From positions 59,086,001-59,150,000 of the forward strand of contig NC_043008.1 in NCBI RefSeq assembly GCF_006345805.1: a stretch of 64,000 nt of DNA. The letters run 5' to 3'. Shown here in pieces: positions 25,919 through 38,171 of this stretch. The notes below the pieces were generated by a model. It did no database searches. It worked only from the letters and a program-made list of their open reading frames with translations, and was not told the origin of the DNA. This stretch comes from Octopus sinensis. Its lineage: Eukaryota. Positions within the stretch are counted from its first letter, which is position 1, and every line of letters starts with the position of its first letter. A program made the position numbers and the translations under genes.

Positions 25919-26014
25919 ACGTATATATTTATAAATATATAATATATATATATATATATGTATATGTATATATATGTGTGCGTGTATCTGTGTATGTGTA
26001 ATATATATATATAT

Positions 26015-26056
<42 letters not shown>

Positions 26057-26356
26057 TGTGTTTTGCTTGTTTCAGAAGAAAGAAGAAAGAACGCGTATTA
26101 ATTCATTAACCAATTTTACTTAAACGTTAGTGTTAGAAGTACTCGAGAGGTCATCCGGCAACCAGCCAATCGATCGGTATTACGTTTAGCAAATGGACGA
26201 GCGTAGACTTATTTAATGAAGTGCTTCAGTTTGGTTTTCAAGTGTCTGCCATAGTTTAAGGGAAAAGTCTGTTAATAAGGATACAGTATAACATTATCTT
26301 CAGGCAATTTTTACATATTACTCATTTAAATTTTTAAATATTGAATTAACATAGCT

Positions 26357-26705
26357 CAGTTAAGTCAAATCTCATCCTGCTCTTTTCATATTTTTAAGCG
26401 TTTTGTTTGGATAGCTTGATCTGTTCTCCCTTCGTTTCTCTTCTCTAAACATGGCGACTACATGCATTGCATTTTTAAAGTTTATTTTCCTTCAGAGCCA
26501 TCTCGATGTTATCCATTCTCCTTCGAAAATATGCCCCCTCGTTTCCTACCGTATTTTTTTTCATTATTATCTATTTTCTTTCTCTACCGTATTTTTTTTT
26601 ATTATTTATCTATTTTCACTCATTCTCTCTCTGGCTTTCATTCAGTTTTTATCTAATTAATTATTTCTCCCCCTCAAATATAGTATTCAAACTAGTTGCT
26701 TCGAT

Positions 26706-26744
<39 letters not shown>

Positions 26745-27700
26745 TTTCCGTCCCCCTCCCTAATTCCCCTATAAAAGCCAGCCAGCGATCGTATCCCATC
26801 CCCATTCACTCGCTACACCTTCAGAGAAAACACAGACTTCCAAAAATGGCCAGTTAAGTCAAATCTCATCCTGCTCTTTTCATATTTTTAAGCGTTTTGT
26901 TTGGATAGCTTGATCTGTTCTCCCTTCGTTTCTCTTCTCTAAACATGGCGACTACATGCATTGCATTTTTAAAGTTTATTTTCCTTCAGAGCCATCTTCG
27001 ATGTTTATCCCATTCTCCTTCGAAAATATGCCCCCTCGTTTCCTACCGTATTTTTTTCATTATTTATCTATTTTCTTTCTCTACCGTATTTTTTTTTTTT
27101 TTTTTTTTATCTATTTTCACTCATTCTCTCTCTGGCTTTCATTCAGTTTTTATCTAATTAATTATTTCTCCCCCTCAAATATAGTATTCAAACTAGTTGC
27201 TTCGATTTTCTCTCTCTCTCTCTCTCTCTCTCGTGTTTCCGTCCCCCTCCCTAATTCCCCTATAAAAGCCAGCCAGCGATCGTATCCCATCCCCATTCAC
27301 TCGCTACACCTTCAGAGAAAACACAGACTTCCAAAAATGGCCAGTTAAGTCAAATCTCATCCTGCTCTTTTCATATTTTTAAGCGTTTTGTTTGGATAGC
27401 TTGATCTGTTCTCCCTTCGTTTCTCTTCTCTAAACATGGCGACTACATGCATTGCATTTTTAAAGTTTATTTTCCTTCAGAGCCATCTTCGATGTTTATC
27501 CCATTCTCCTTCGAAAATATGCCCCCTCGTTTCCTACCGTATTTTTTTCATTATTTATCTATTTTCTTTCTCTACCGTATTTTAAAAAATTTTTTTTTTT
27601 ATCTATTTTCACTCATTCTCTCTCTGGCTTTCATTCAGTTTTTATCTAATTAATTATTTCTCCCCCTCAAATATAGTATTCAAACTAGTTGCTTCGATTT
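26357..27700. repeat. Tandem repeat of ~491-494-bp unit, about 2.7 copies
   Basis: Units start at 26357, 26851 and 27342 (cagttaagtcaaatctcatcc); they differ mainly in homopolymer and (CT)n lengths. Confidence 0.95.
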
Positions 27701-27879
27701 TGTCGCCCACCCCCACCACCAATACCGGAAGTTTCTACCCAAATACCGGAAACTGCCCCCCCCCCACTAGCACCTATGAAGGGTTTATCTGAACATATAG
27801 CGCAAAAAATTGTGAAAAGTATGCAGGTTGTAGTCGAGAGTTTCCATATGAAATCTGCCAAATGCAAGCTTTCTTTTCA

Positions 27880-30800
27880 GGTACATGACACGGCTGTCCC
27901 TCGTCCCAGGGTCTCTGATGCCCACACCTCCCAAACCCTCAGAGTTGGCACGCTCAATGTTGGCACATTGAAAGGTAGGTCTGGAGAGATTGTAGAGCTG
28001 CTTGAACGGAGACGTGTGGATGTATGCTGTATCCAGGAAGTAAGGTGGAGAGGAGGTTCTGCTAGGCTCCTCACAGGCAAGGAACACAGGTACAAGATTT
28101 TCTGGGCAGGGAACACTGACGGAGTCGGGGGCGTGGGTATACTTCTTGCGGAGAAATGGGTAGGTAAGGTAATCGAGGTAGTCAGAGTAAGTGACAGAGT
28201 AATTAAAATTAGATTAGTTCTTCACCATAGGACAGCTACCATCATCTCGGCATATGCCCCTCAACCAGGGCTACCGGAAGGACAAAAAGACCAATTCTAT
28301 GACACCCTATTGCGGACTACCTCATTGACAAATGACAGTGACCTTCTCTTCGTGGCAGGTGATTTCAATGGACATGTTGGACGACATGTCGGGGGCTTCC
28401 ATGGCGTCCATGGAGGCTACGGTTTTGGCTCTCGAAATGAGGAAGGAACCAGGCTGCTGGAGTTCTGCGATGCAAATGACCTTATGGTCTGCAATACCCA
28501 CTTCAGGAAACCCACCTCTCACCTAGTCACCTACCGTTCTGGCAGACACACCAGCCAGATTGACTACATCCTTGCCAGAAAAAGGGAAAGAGGGCTGATT
28601 ATAAATGCCAAAACCTTCCCAGGCGAAGAATGTACTCCCCAACATAGATTAGTAGTTAGCGACTTCAGGATCAGAGCTAAATGGTTGCCCAGAAGAAGAC
28701 CAGCTTGGAGGAGAAGGGTCTGGAAGCTTAAAGATCCTGCAAATGGACAGAGATTTAGAGACATACTACTCGAAGCCTCTGACGAAATAGAAGGGGATAT
28801 AGCTTCACTTAATGTGGAAGACAACTGGAGATTCCTACGGGACAATCTGCTGACAGCCACTGACCAGATCTGTGGATGGAGCAAAGTACCATCTCGACCC
28901 AGAGTAACATGGTGGTGGAACACTGTGGTTGACAGGGCTATTAGACAAAAGAGACAGGCTTGGAAGGACTGGAAGAACGGTGGTAGCAGGGAATTGTATC
29001 AGACAGCCAAAAGGGAAGCTAGGAGACAGGTTTATTTAGCCAGAGGGGAAGCGGATAAGAAAAAATTTGCCAATGTTCTGAGCCGTGAGGATGAAAGACT
29101 TGAGGTATTTCGTGTTGCAAGACAGTGTGTGAGAGAGAATCGTGATGTGGTAGGAGAGAAGTGTGTTCGCATGGATGATGGTTCACTTGCGCTAAATGAG
29201 GATGCAAAGAGAGAGGTTTGGAGATGCCACTATGAAAGGTTGCTGAATAAAGAAAATGAATGGGATAAAGAGAGTCTGCCGAATGTTGACCCAACAGAGG
29301 GACCAGCTATCCGAGTTGATAGTTCCGTGGTAGCTAAGGCAATTAGAAGCATGAAGACAGGGAAAGCCCCAGGCCCATCAGGAATTACTGCAGAGATGCT
29401 CAAAATATCTGGCAGTGTCGGCTATAACCTAGTCACCCGTATAGTCAACCAGGTGATACACGAAGGAGTCATACCCAATGACTGGTGTAGCAGCATACTA
29501 GTCAACTGCTACAAAGGTAAAGGTGATGCCCTGGATACAAATAATTACAGAGGTATCAAGCTGTTGGATCAGGTAATGAAGGTTACGGAGAGGGTCATAG
29601 CCCAACTAATTAGAGAGAGAGTTAGTTTAGATGAGATGCAGTTTGGGTTTGTCCCAGGGAAAAGCACCACTGATGCTATATTCCTGGTAAGGCAGCTGCA
29701 GGAGAAATACCTAGCCAAAGATAAGCCCCTGTACCTGGCTTTCGTTGACATGGAGAAAGCCTTTGATAGGGTCCCCCGATCCCTCATCTGGTGGTCAATG
29801 AGGAAACTAGGGATAGATGAATGGCTGGTGAGGGCTGTGCAAGCCATGTACAGAGATGCCGTAAGTAAGGTTAGAGTTGGCAGCATGTACACAGAAGAAT
29901 TCAAGGTAGAGGTTGGGGTCCACCAGGGTTCAGTACTCAGCCCCCTCCTATTTATCATAGTCCTCCAGGCAATTGTGGAGGAATTCAAGACAGGTTGCCC
30001 CTGGGAGCTCCTCTATGCTGACGACCTCGCTCTAATCGCTGAGTCACTATCAGAACTGGAGGAGAAGTTCCAGGTGTGGAAGGAGGGTTTAGAATCGAGG
30101 GGCCTTAGAGTCAACCTAGCTAAAACCAAAGTACTAATAAGTAGAAAGTTAGAAAATCCACAAATATCCTCAGGAAGATGGCCCTGCTCGATCTGTAGAA
30201 AAGGTGTAGGTAGAAACTCTATAAGATGTACCCAGTGTAAGCTATGGACACATAAGAGGTGCAGCAATGTCAAAGGTAGGCTAACTGGGAAGATAGTTTT
30301 TGTATGTGGCAGATGCTCTGGAGCATTGACCTCCGAAAATCTGCAGAAAACAACTTCCGTCACTTTCCGGGGGAAAAACTAGAAGTAGTTGATAGCTTCC
30401 GCTATCTAGGTGACCAAGTCAGTAGTGGGGGCGGGTGCGCTGAAAGTGTAACTGCTAGAATAAGAATAGCCTGGGCAAAGTTTAGGGAGCTCTTACCTCT
30501 GCTGGTGACTAAAGGCCTCTCGCTCAGAGTAAAAGGCAGACTGTATGATGCATGTGTACGAACAGCTATGCTACATGGCAGTGAAACATGGGCCGTGACT
30601 GCTGAGGACATGCGTAAGCTTGTGAGGAACGAAGCCAGTATGCTCCGATGGATGTGTAATGTCAGTGTACTTACTCGACAGAGCGTTAGTACCTTGAGAG
30701 AAATGTTGTACCTAAGAAGCATCAGTTGTTGTGTGCAAGAGAGACGATTGCGCTGGTATGGTCATGTGGCGAGAATGGATGAAGATAGGTGTGTGAGAAA

Positions 30801-30966
30801 GTGCCAATCCCTAGCAGTTGAGGGAACCCGTGGAAGAGGTAGACCCAGGAAAACCTGGGACGAAGTGGTGAAGCACGACCTTCGGACGTTAGGTCTCACC
30901 ATGGAAATGACTAGAGACCGAGACCTATGGAAGTATGCTGTGCGTGAGAAGACCCGGCAAGACTAG
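27880..30966 (+). CDS. RTE APE endonuclease plus reverse transcriptase with inserted Cys-rich finger; one 1-bp frameshift near 30369-30378
   Basis: TLNVG, CIQEVRW, AYAPQ, GDFNGH, QIDYI, PGPSG, NYRGI, FVDMEKAFD, GVHQGSVLSP, LLYADD, FRYLG, LRWYGHV, RGRPRKTW (ORFs 27689..30382 and 30304..30966). Confidence 0.92.
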
Positions 30967-31149
30967 TGAAGCCATAATCCGTGGCCCCTACCTGGGACGT
31001 AGTCAGTCCACCTGTGCATACCTTCCTTCTTGTGACACTTGTGAAGACCTGTTGAGGCAAGTGAGAATCGAATCAAATCAAATCAAATCAAATCGAACCA
31101 AATCAAAATAGATGAACATCAATGGAATTTGTATCCTTGTGGTACCAGT

Positions 31150-31425
31150 GCCGGTGGCACATAAGAAAACCATCCGAACGTGATCGTAGCCAGTACCGCA
31201 ACGACTGGCCTCCGTGCTGAGGGCACATAACAAACACCATCCGAGCGTGGCCGTCCGCCAGCCCCGTCTGGCACCTGTGTCGGTGACACATAAGAAAACA
31301 CCATCCGAGCGTGGCCGTCAGCCAGCCTCGTCTGGCACCTGTGTCGGTGGCACATAAAAAAACACCATCCGAGCGTGGCCGTCTGCCAGCCTCGTCTGGC
31401 ACCTGTGTCGGTGGCACATAAAATC
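31150..31425 (+). repeat. ~60-bp tandem repeats in the RTE 3' UTR
   Basis: caccatccgagcgtggccgtc..cgtctggcacctgtgtcggtggcacataa, about 4 copies. Confidence 0.9.
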
Positions 31426-31789
31426 ACCCACTACACTCTCGGAGTGGTTGGCGTTAGGAAGGGCATCCAGCTGTAGAAACACTGCCAGATCTGACTGGCC
31501 TGGTGCAGCCTTCGGGCTTGCCAGACCCCAGTTGAACCGTCCAACCCATGCTAGCATGGAAAGCGGACGTTAAACGATGATGATGATGATGACACAAATG
31601 AAAGTATTCGAATTTCATCGACTTCAACTTTAGTTAGTAACTTTAGTTACTAACTTCAGTTAGTAACTTAGAAAACTTTCTGTTTGTCTTCAAAGAATCA
31701 TATAATAATGTTGCCTGTCACTCTGTAACATAGACGCGCGTTAAGCTTTGTTGGACATTTATCACTAAAACTTATTAATTATTTCACCG

Positions 31790-33116
31790 TGGTTGAATTT
31801 ACCTTTCATCTTTTCCGGATCGATAAGTTAAGTACCAGTAGAACACTGGGGTCGATATAATCGGCTCGTTCCCTCAGCCAAAATTTCTGCCCTTGTTGGA
31901 AAATTCGAAACCATTATTGTTATTATGTATTTCTTCACTGCCCACAAGGGGCTAAACATAGAGGGGACAAACAAGGACAGACAAAGGGATTAAGTCGATT
32001 ACATCGACTCCAGTGCGTAACTGGTACTTAATATATCGACCCCGAAAGGATGAAAGACAAAGTCGACCTCGGCGGAATTTGAACTCAGAACGTAATGACA
32101 GACGAAATACCTATTTCTTTATTACCCACAAGGGGCTAAACATAGAGGGGACAAACAAGGACAGACAGAGGTATTAAGTCGATTACATCGACCCCAGTGC
32201 ATAGCTGGTACTTAATTTATCGACCCCGAAAGGATGAAAGGCAAAGTCGACCTCGGCGGAATTTGAACTCACAACGTAACGACAGACGAAATACCGCTAA
32301 GCATTTCGCCCGACGTGCTAACGATTCTGCCAGCTCACCGCCTTCACCTTGAAGGCGGCGAGCTGGCAGAATCGCTAGCAGGTCGGTCAAAATGCTTAGC
32401 AGCGTTTGCTCCGTCCTTACGTTTTGTGTTCACATTCCGCCGAGGTCGACTTTGCCTTTCATCCTTTTGGGGTTTGATAAATTAAGAACCAATGAAACAC
32501 AGGGCTCAAATGTAATCGACTATCCCCTCCCACCCCCAAATTTCAGGCCTTGTGCCCATAATAGAAAGGATTAAATATCATCAAGGTGAAAGCGGTGAGC
32601 TGGCAGGATTGTTAGCACGCTGGACGAAACGTTTAGAATCATTTCGCCCGTCCTTGCATTCTGAGTTCAAATTCCGCTGAGGTCGACTCTGTCTTACACC
32701 CTTTCGGACTCGATGAAATAAGTATCAGTTGAACCCTGGGGTCGATGTAATCGACTTAACCTCTACCCCAAACATTTCAGGCTTTGTGCCTGTAGTAGAA
32801 AGGGATATTATTTTTAGTATCATTATCATTATTATTATTATCATTATCATTATATTATTATTATTATTATTATTATATTATTATTATTATTATTATTAGT
32901 ATTAGTATTATTAGTTGGTAGAATCGTTAACGCTCCACGTAAAATGCTTAGCATCATTTTCTACGTCTTCACGTTCTGAGATCAAATTCTGTCGAGGTCG
33001 ACTTTGCCTTTCTTCCTTTCGGGGTTGCTAAATTAAGTACCAGTTGAGTACTGGGGTCGATGTAATTGACTATCTCACTCACCCAAATTACAGGCCTTAA
33101 GCCTATAATAGAAAGG

Positions 33117-33165
<49 letters not shown>

Positions 33166-33383
33166 TATTATTATTATTATTATTATTATCATCATCATTA
33201 TTATTATTATTATCATTATTGAGTGAGTGAGAGAGCAGTGCATGCCATCAAAGTGACACTGGGATAAAATATACGAAGCCCAGTATACCCATATTGACTA
33301 CCCGTCTGATAAGAGTACACTAGGCACATGCATTACAACCATATGAGCACGTGATGCATGTGCCTAGTATACCCTTATTTATA

Positions 33384-33421
<38 letters not shown>

Positions 33422-33445
33422 GTAGTAGTAGTAGTAGTAGTAGTT

Positions 33446-33490
<45 letters not shown>

Positions 33491-33910
33491 TTGTTGTTAA
33501 ATAGGCGGCGAGTTGACAGAAGCATTACCGCCTTGGACATAATGCTTACGTTCAGATCTTCAAATTCCGCCGAGGTCGACTTAGCATTTCATCCTTTCGA
33601 GGTCGATAAAATAAGTATGAGTTGAGCACTGGAGTCAATGTAATCGGCTTCGCACTTCCCCCGAAATTGCTGACCTTGTGCCAAAATTTGAAACCATTAT
33701 TATGAAGGTGGTGAGCTGGCAGAATCCTTTGAAAGCCGTACAAAATGCTTGCGGTATTTTTTCGGTGTTCACCTTCTGAGATCAAATTTCGCTGACATTA
33801 ATTTTGCCTTTCGGGATCTATAAAATAAGTATCATTTGAGCTCTAATGTTGAAGCAATTGACCAGCCGGCTCCCTAAAATTTCAGACCCTGTGCCTATAG
33901 TAAATGGTAT
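31790..33910. mobile_element. Cluster of about eight SINE B copies in both orientations, interspersed with (TAT)n/(TAG)n
   Basis: Repeated gagttcaaattccgccgaggtcgactttgcc core; head-to-head junction at 32345/32351. Confidence 0.8.
33221..33370 (-). mobile_element. (AAT)n-tailed retroelement 3' end, also at 47615-47810 and 50068-50235
   Basis: gagtgagagagcagtgcatgccatcaaagtgacactgggg occurs three times, each abutting (TAT)n. Confidence 0.7.
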
Positions 33911-35216
33911 TATTATTATCATTACTAGTAGAAGTGCTGACCTTCGGGCAGTTTTCCGCTAGTAAGTATTAAAGGAATTATACTCGTCCAAATTCGTGTA
34001 TAATTCTGCAACGAAACATTGGCGTACCTTCATAATGATCCTAATTTTTGTGATCGTATAATTTAGGGACAAGGGGACAATATCTTAGATAGATGGAGTC
34101 ATCAGTTGGCATAAATGCATATTGTATGTTTCCGAAAATGTGATGTAACTATAGCAAATGATGGGGTGAGTCCTGGATTGTGCATTTGTGTTGCAATGTT
34201 CTAGTTTTTTGTTGCAAAGGTCTAATTTTGACTGTGACCTTCGTTCTTGTTGACACGTGCTGACAAGCAGGTCCAGATATTAAAAGATTCGGTCTGTCGT
34301 AGTTGTTTTATGTTGCCAAGGTCTCTATTACTATTTTCTGTAGGATGGGGCCTCCCTTCATTTTATTAGCATCACAAGTACATGATTACATGATCAATTA
34401 TCTAACAGCTAAAAATTTTAATATTAACGGTTGTAAATCTTTTGCCACTGATGTTCTTTTTCCTCGGATTTCAACATTCCTTATGTTCGTATCATAAAAA
34501 TAGGTGTCAACCAATACAGCATCGACGGCATCCAGGAATTACGAGCTGCAATCAAAGATTAATATCCTGTGTTGCTAGTTGATATATGCCTCACTGAACT
34601 GATTGCTTATAGAAATAGAACATCTTAAACAACTTTCCCAGTGTATCACATTTTTTTATATTTTCATATAATATAAGTGACAGCTTTTTTCATAACGGTC
34701 TTCTCTTTTAGATTTTGTTACAGCTAGTTATTATATAGCAACGTTTAGAAAGCACACACACGCATAATAACGCTTGATGCTTACACATACACATGTTGGT
34801 GCATTCACAAATACACATCCATGCATTTCGCCTATATAGCTGTAAATATACACTCACATGCATCAATATACATGTTAAGATGTATACAAAATCTCCAAAA
34901 GCATGTATGCAGTTTTACACCTCAAATAATAAAGAATGAAAATGTAACACGTCAATAGAAATAAATTTTGTAAGTGTGCGCACGAAACTGTACTTTACAA
35001 ATGTTTCAATAGTGTAGAAACATCATCAATTATTAAATTACACTATTAACATACAGAATTGATTAATTAAAATGTAATGCGGTATCTATTTCGCCAGAAG
35101 TCGATTGCATTCTAATATATTATTGAAGTTGAACTATGCGTAAATTATGGAGTTCTTAAATATCGTGAATATAATTTATGATAATTGTACATATATTTAG
35201 AATATATATATATATA

Positions 35217-35295
<79 letters not shown>

Positions 35296-35370
35296 CTCAT
35301 GTACTAGAAATAGTAGTGCGTCGTGGAAATACTTTCTTTCCCGCCTGCTTCGTTATATTATATATCCAAT

Positions 35371-35414
<44 letters not shown>

Positions 35415-35625
35415 TATATATATATAATATATATATATAAATATATAAGGGCTTAGTAAAATAAATTACTTTGCCACATACTGAACTCATTAGAAATAGC
35501 AGCTAAAGAAATTTCTTCTGCCATTTCTAATACTTAAAGAAGATCTCTCTCAGATAGTGTTTGCCTAAACCAACTCACAAAAGTATGGGGGAAAAAACAT
35601 TAAAAAATCAAGTGCAAAGGTTATT

Positions 35626-35677
35626 TGAGAACGTACGTTTCTAGATTAGTCAATTCGACATTTCTTTCGTCAGCTCA
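35626..35677 (-). ncRNA. Type I hammerhead ribozyme motif, left arm
   Basis: UGAG-CUGACGA-AAGA..UCUA-GAAA-CGUACG-UU-CUCA. Confidence 0.7.
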
Positions 35678-35932
35678 GAATTCCTTGAATCGGATTTGGG
35701 AACACTGAAAGTTGGGAGCATACCCTTTCGGCTTCTCATCACGGTTTTCACCGTTAATACATGGTGTTTGTCAATTTTAACACACGCTGGTGGAAAGGGG
35801 AGAGCAGAAATTCTTCGCTTGCATATTCGAATTTGAGAGCACTTTTAGTTCGAGCAGAATTCTAGAGGTGATGAGAAGCCGAAAGGGTATGCTCCCAACT
35901 TTCAGTGTTCCCAAATCCGATTCAAGGAATTC

Positions 35933-35984
35933 TGAGCTGACGAAAGAAATGTCGAATTGACTAATCTAGAAACGTACGTTCTCA
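35933..35984 (+). ncRNA. Type I hammerhead ribozyme motif, right arm (GUU triplet)
   Basis: Same sequence as the left arm on the opposite strand; palindromic stem III ACGUACGU. Confidence 0.7.
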
Positions 35985-36265
35985 AATAACCTTTGCACTT
36001 GATTTTTTAATGTTTTTTCCCCCATACTTTTGTGAGTTGGTTTAGGCAAACACTATCTGAGAGAGATCTTCTTTAAGTATTAGAAATGGCTGAAGAAATT
36101 TCTTTAGCTGCTATTTCTAATGAGTTCAGTATGTGGCAAAGTAATTTATTTTACTAAGCCCTTATATATAATGTAATATTTTGAATTCGCCTAAAATGGT
36201 CCCTTTACATACTGAATACTTGGTGAAATTGATTGATAATTAATTAATTTTACCCTCAATTGTTG

Positions 36266-36308
<43 letters not shown>

Positions 36309-36482
36309 GCATGTATGTATATGCGTGTGTGTGTCTGTGTGCATGCGTGTGTGTCTGTGTGCATGCGTGTGTGTCTGTGTGCATGCGTGTGTGCGTGTAT
36401 GGGTATCTATGTGTGTCCTAGCCTCATTAGTTATCAAGCAGTTGGAAGGACAAATACACATCATACTCTCTCTGTCTCTATT

Positions 36483-36513
<31 letters not shown>

Positions 36514-36850
36514 TACGACAGGCTTCCACGCAGTTTCCGTCTACCAAATTTATTAACATTGTATTGTGATTAAATTTGGTAGACGGAAACTACCGCTATC
36601 TTGGGACTGAACTCCAAACCTCGAGGTTGCAAAGCAACATCCTAACATCACTAAACCTTGATGGCTTGATTCAGTCTTAACTCATTAACTGTCAAATCTT
36701 TTTACGCGTATTTTTTGGTTTGCCGGGTGTCTTAAGAGTTAAAATAATATATAGTATTTAAATTTCCTTTATATGTGAATTGTTTTGGAAATTATGATAA
36801 TGATATGACGTACGACTTCTCGTCGTCGCTGTTATATCAGAACTGTTATA

Positions 36851-37068
36851 AGGCGGCGAGCTGGCAGAATCGTTAGCGCGCCGGGCGAAATGCTTAGCTG
36901 TATTTCGTCTGTCGTTACGTTCTGAGTTCAAATTCCGCCGAGGTTGACTTTGCCTTTCATCCTTTCGGGGTCGATAAATAAAGTACCAGTTTCGCACTGG
37001 GGTCGATGTAATCGACTTAATCCGTTTGTCCCCTCTATGTTTAGCCCCTTGTGGGCAATAAAGAAATA
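36851..37068 (+). mobile_element. SINE family B with ~18-bp TSD
   Basis: Flanks tatatc(a/t)gaactgttataa. Confidence 0.85.
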
Positions 37069-37209
37069 TATATCTGAACTGTTATAATATTAAACGTTTC
37101 TGATGTTCTCTTATTACTCTCCAACTGTGTATCTTCAACAAGCACTTCATATCCCTATTCAATAATTCCTACGACTTGTACACTATGACTGTGCATAAGA
37201 CACTCTTTC

Positions 37210-37256
37210 TGCGCATGCGCATTTATACTAACTAGTATAGTTCACTTAGCCAATCA
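37210..37256 (+). promoter_or_regulatory. Candidate promoter: NRF1-type palindrome TGCGCATGCGCA and CCAAT box
   Basis: Motifs at 37210-37221 and 37248-37256, 50-100 bp upstream of an ORF. Confidence 0.35.
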
Positions 37257-37307
37257 CGGGGGTGTACTGATTCCCTATACAATAGATAAGTTTTCGAAAA
37301 GTCCCAA

Positions 37308-37683
37308 ATGGGAACCGCTGAAAAAATGCATAGTTATCCTTATCTATTCACTTGCAGTAATATAATTTTAGTTTGTTTTTTTGAAACTATAGTATCAAAT
37401 GCGAATATGTATGAAATATCAATGAATGATATAGATGGGACCAATTTCTATAGTTCAAAAATTGGGATTTATGACATAAAACGTCGACTAAAATTATTCA
37501 GAGCTAATAATGCCAACCACTACGCCATATACCCACGGGCATATATCCCCTCTGAATCCATCTCTGTTGTAGTGCAGTTTGAGTATTACTGTAGGTATAT
37601 AACGGTAGTCGTAAACTTTGAGAGTAAACGTACCATACCATGTCTCTGTACTGACGGTACTACAAAACAAATTAGTCAGGTTG
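37308..37683 (+). CDS. Candidate first coding exon of an unrecognised secreted or membrane protein
   Basis: 150-codon non-repetitive ORF in AT-rich DNA; hydrophobic N-terminus; G|GTGAGT donor at 37684 (phase 1); upstream promoter motifs; no homology recognised. Confidence 0.35.
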
Positions 37684-38136
37684 GTGAGTGCTACCTTTTG
37701 TTAATGTTACAGATGCGAGTGTGGGGTCACAACAGGAGACAGTTATGGTTAGCCAAATAAATGTTAGACGAACAGCCAAAATAAATGCTAGGAACATTTT
37801 AAGTGGCATACTGGAGGTTACAGTGATTATTTTTCGTTGCATCTGTAAAGGTAACAACACCCGAAGTGCTGAGACCTTATTTTTATGTTAATTATATATA
37901 TTTTTTAATTGTTGCTTGTCAAAATTAGGGTGCGTCCTCAAGGCCAGGAAATACGGTACATACATACAAACATACATACATACATACATGCATACATACA
38001 TGCATGCATGTGTGTGTGTGTATGTGTGTATCTTTTGCTGAACCGCTAAGTTATAGGGACGTAAAGACACCAGTCAAGCTGTGGTGGCAGACAAGCTTCG
38101 CCACAGGACACACACACACATGTATATATATGCATA

Positions 38137-38171
<35 letters not shown>

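Larger units (their letters stand above)
27870..31592 (+). mobile_element. RTE-clade LINE, near full length, (GAT)n tail
   Basis: Single APE-RT ORF, a tandem-repeat 3' UTR and a GATGATGAT tail; 5' boundary approximate. Confidence 0.9.
35441..36169. mobile_element. 302-bp near-perfect inverted repeat with 125-bp spacer (inverted PLE pseudo-LTRs)
   Basis: Arms 35441-35742 and 35868-36169; one mismatch seen by eye; a hammerhead in each arm. Confidence 0.9.

Noticed and set aside
27689-27880. N-terminal ~60 aa of the 897-aa ORF
   Set aside because: Begins at TTG inside the tandem repeat and crosses unrelated sequence; probably a fortuitous in-frame extension
31150-31425. Regularly spaced repeats resembling a CRISPR array
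   Set aside because: Eukaryotic context, no unique spacers; it is a LINE 3' UTR minisatellite
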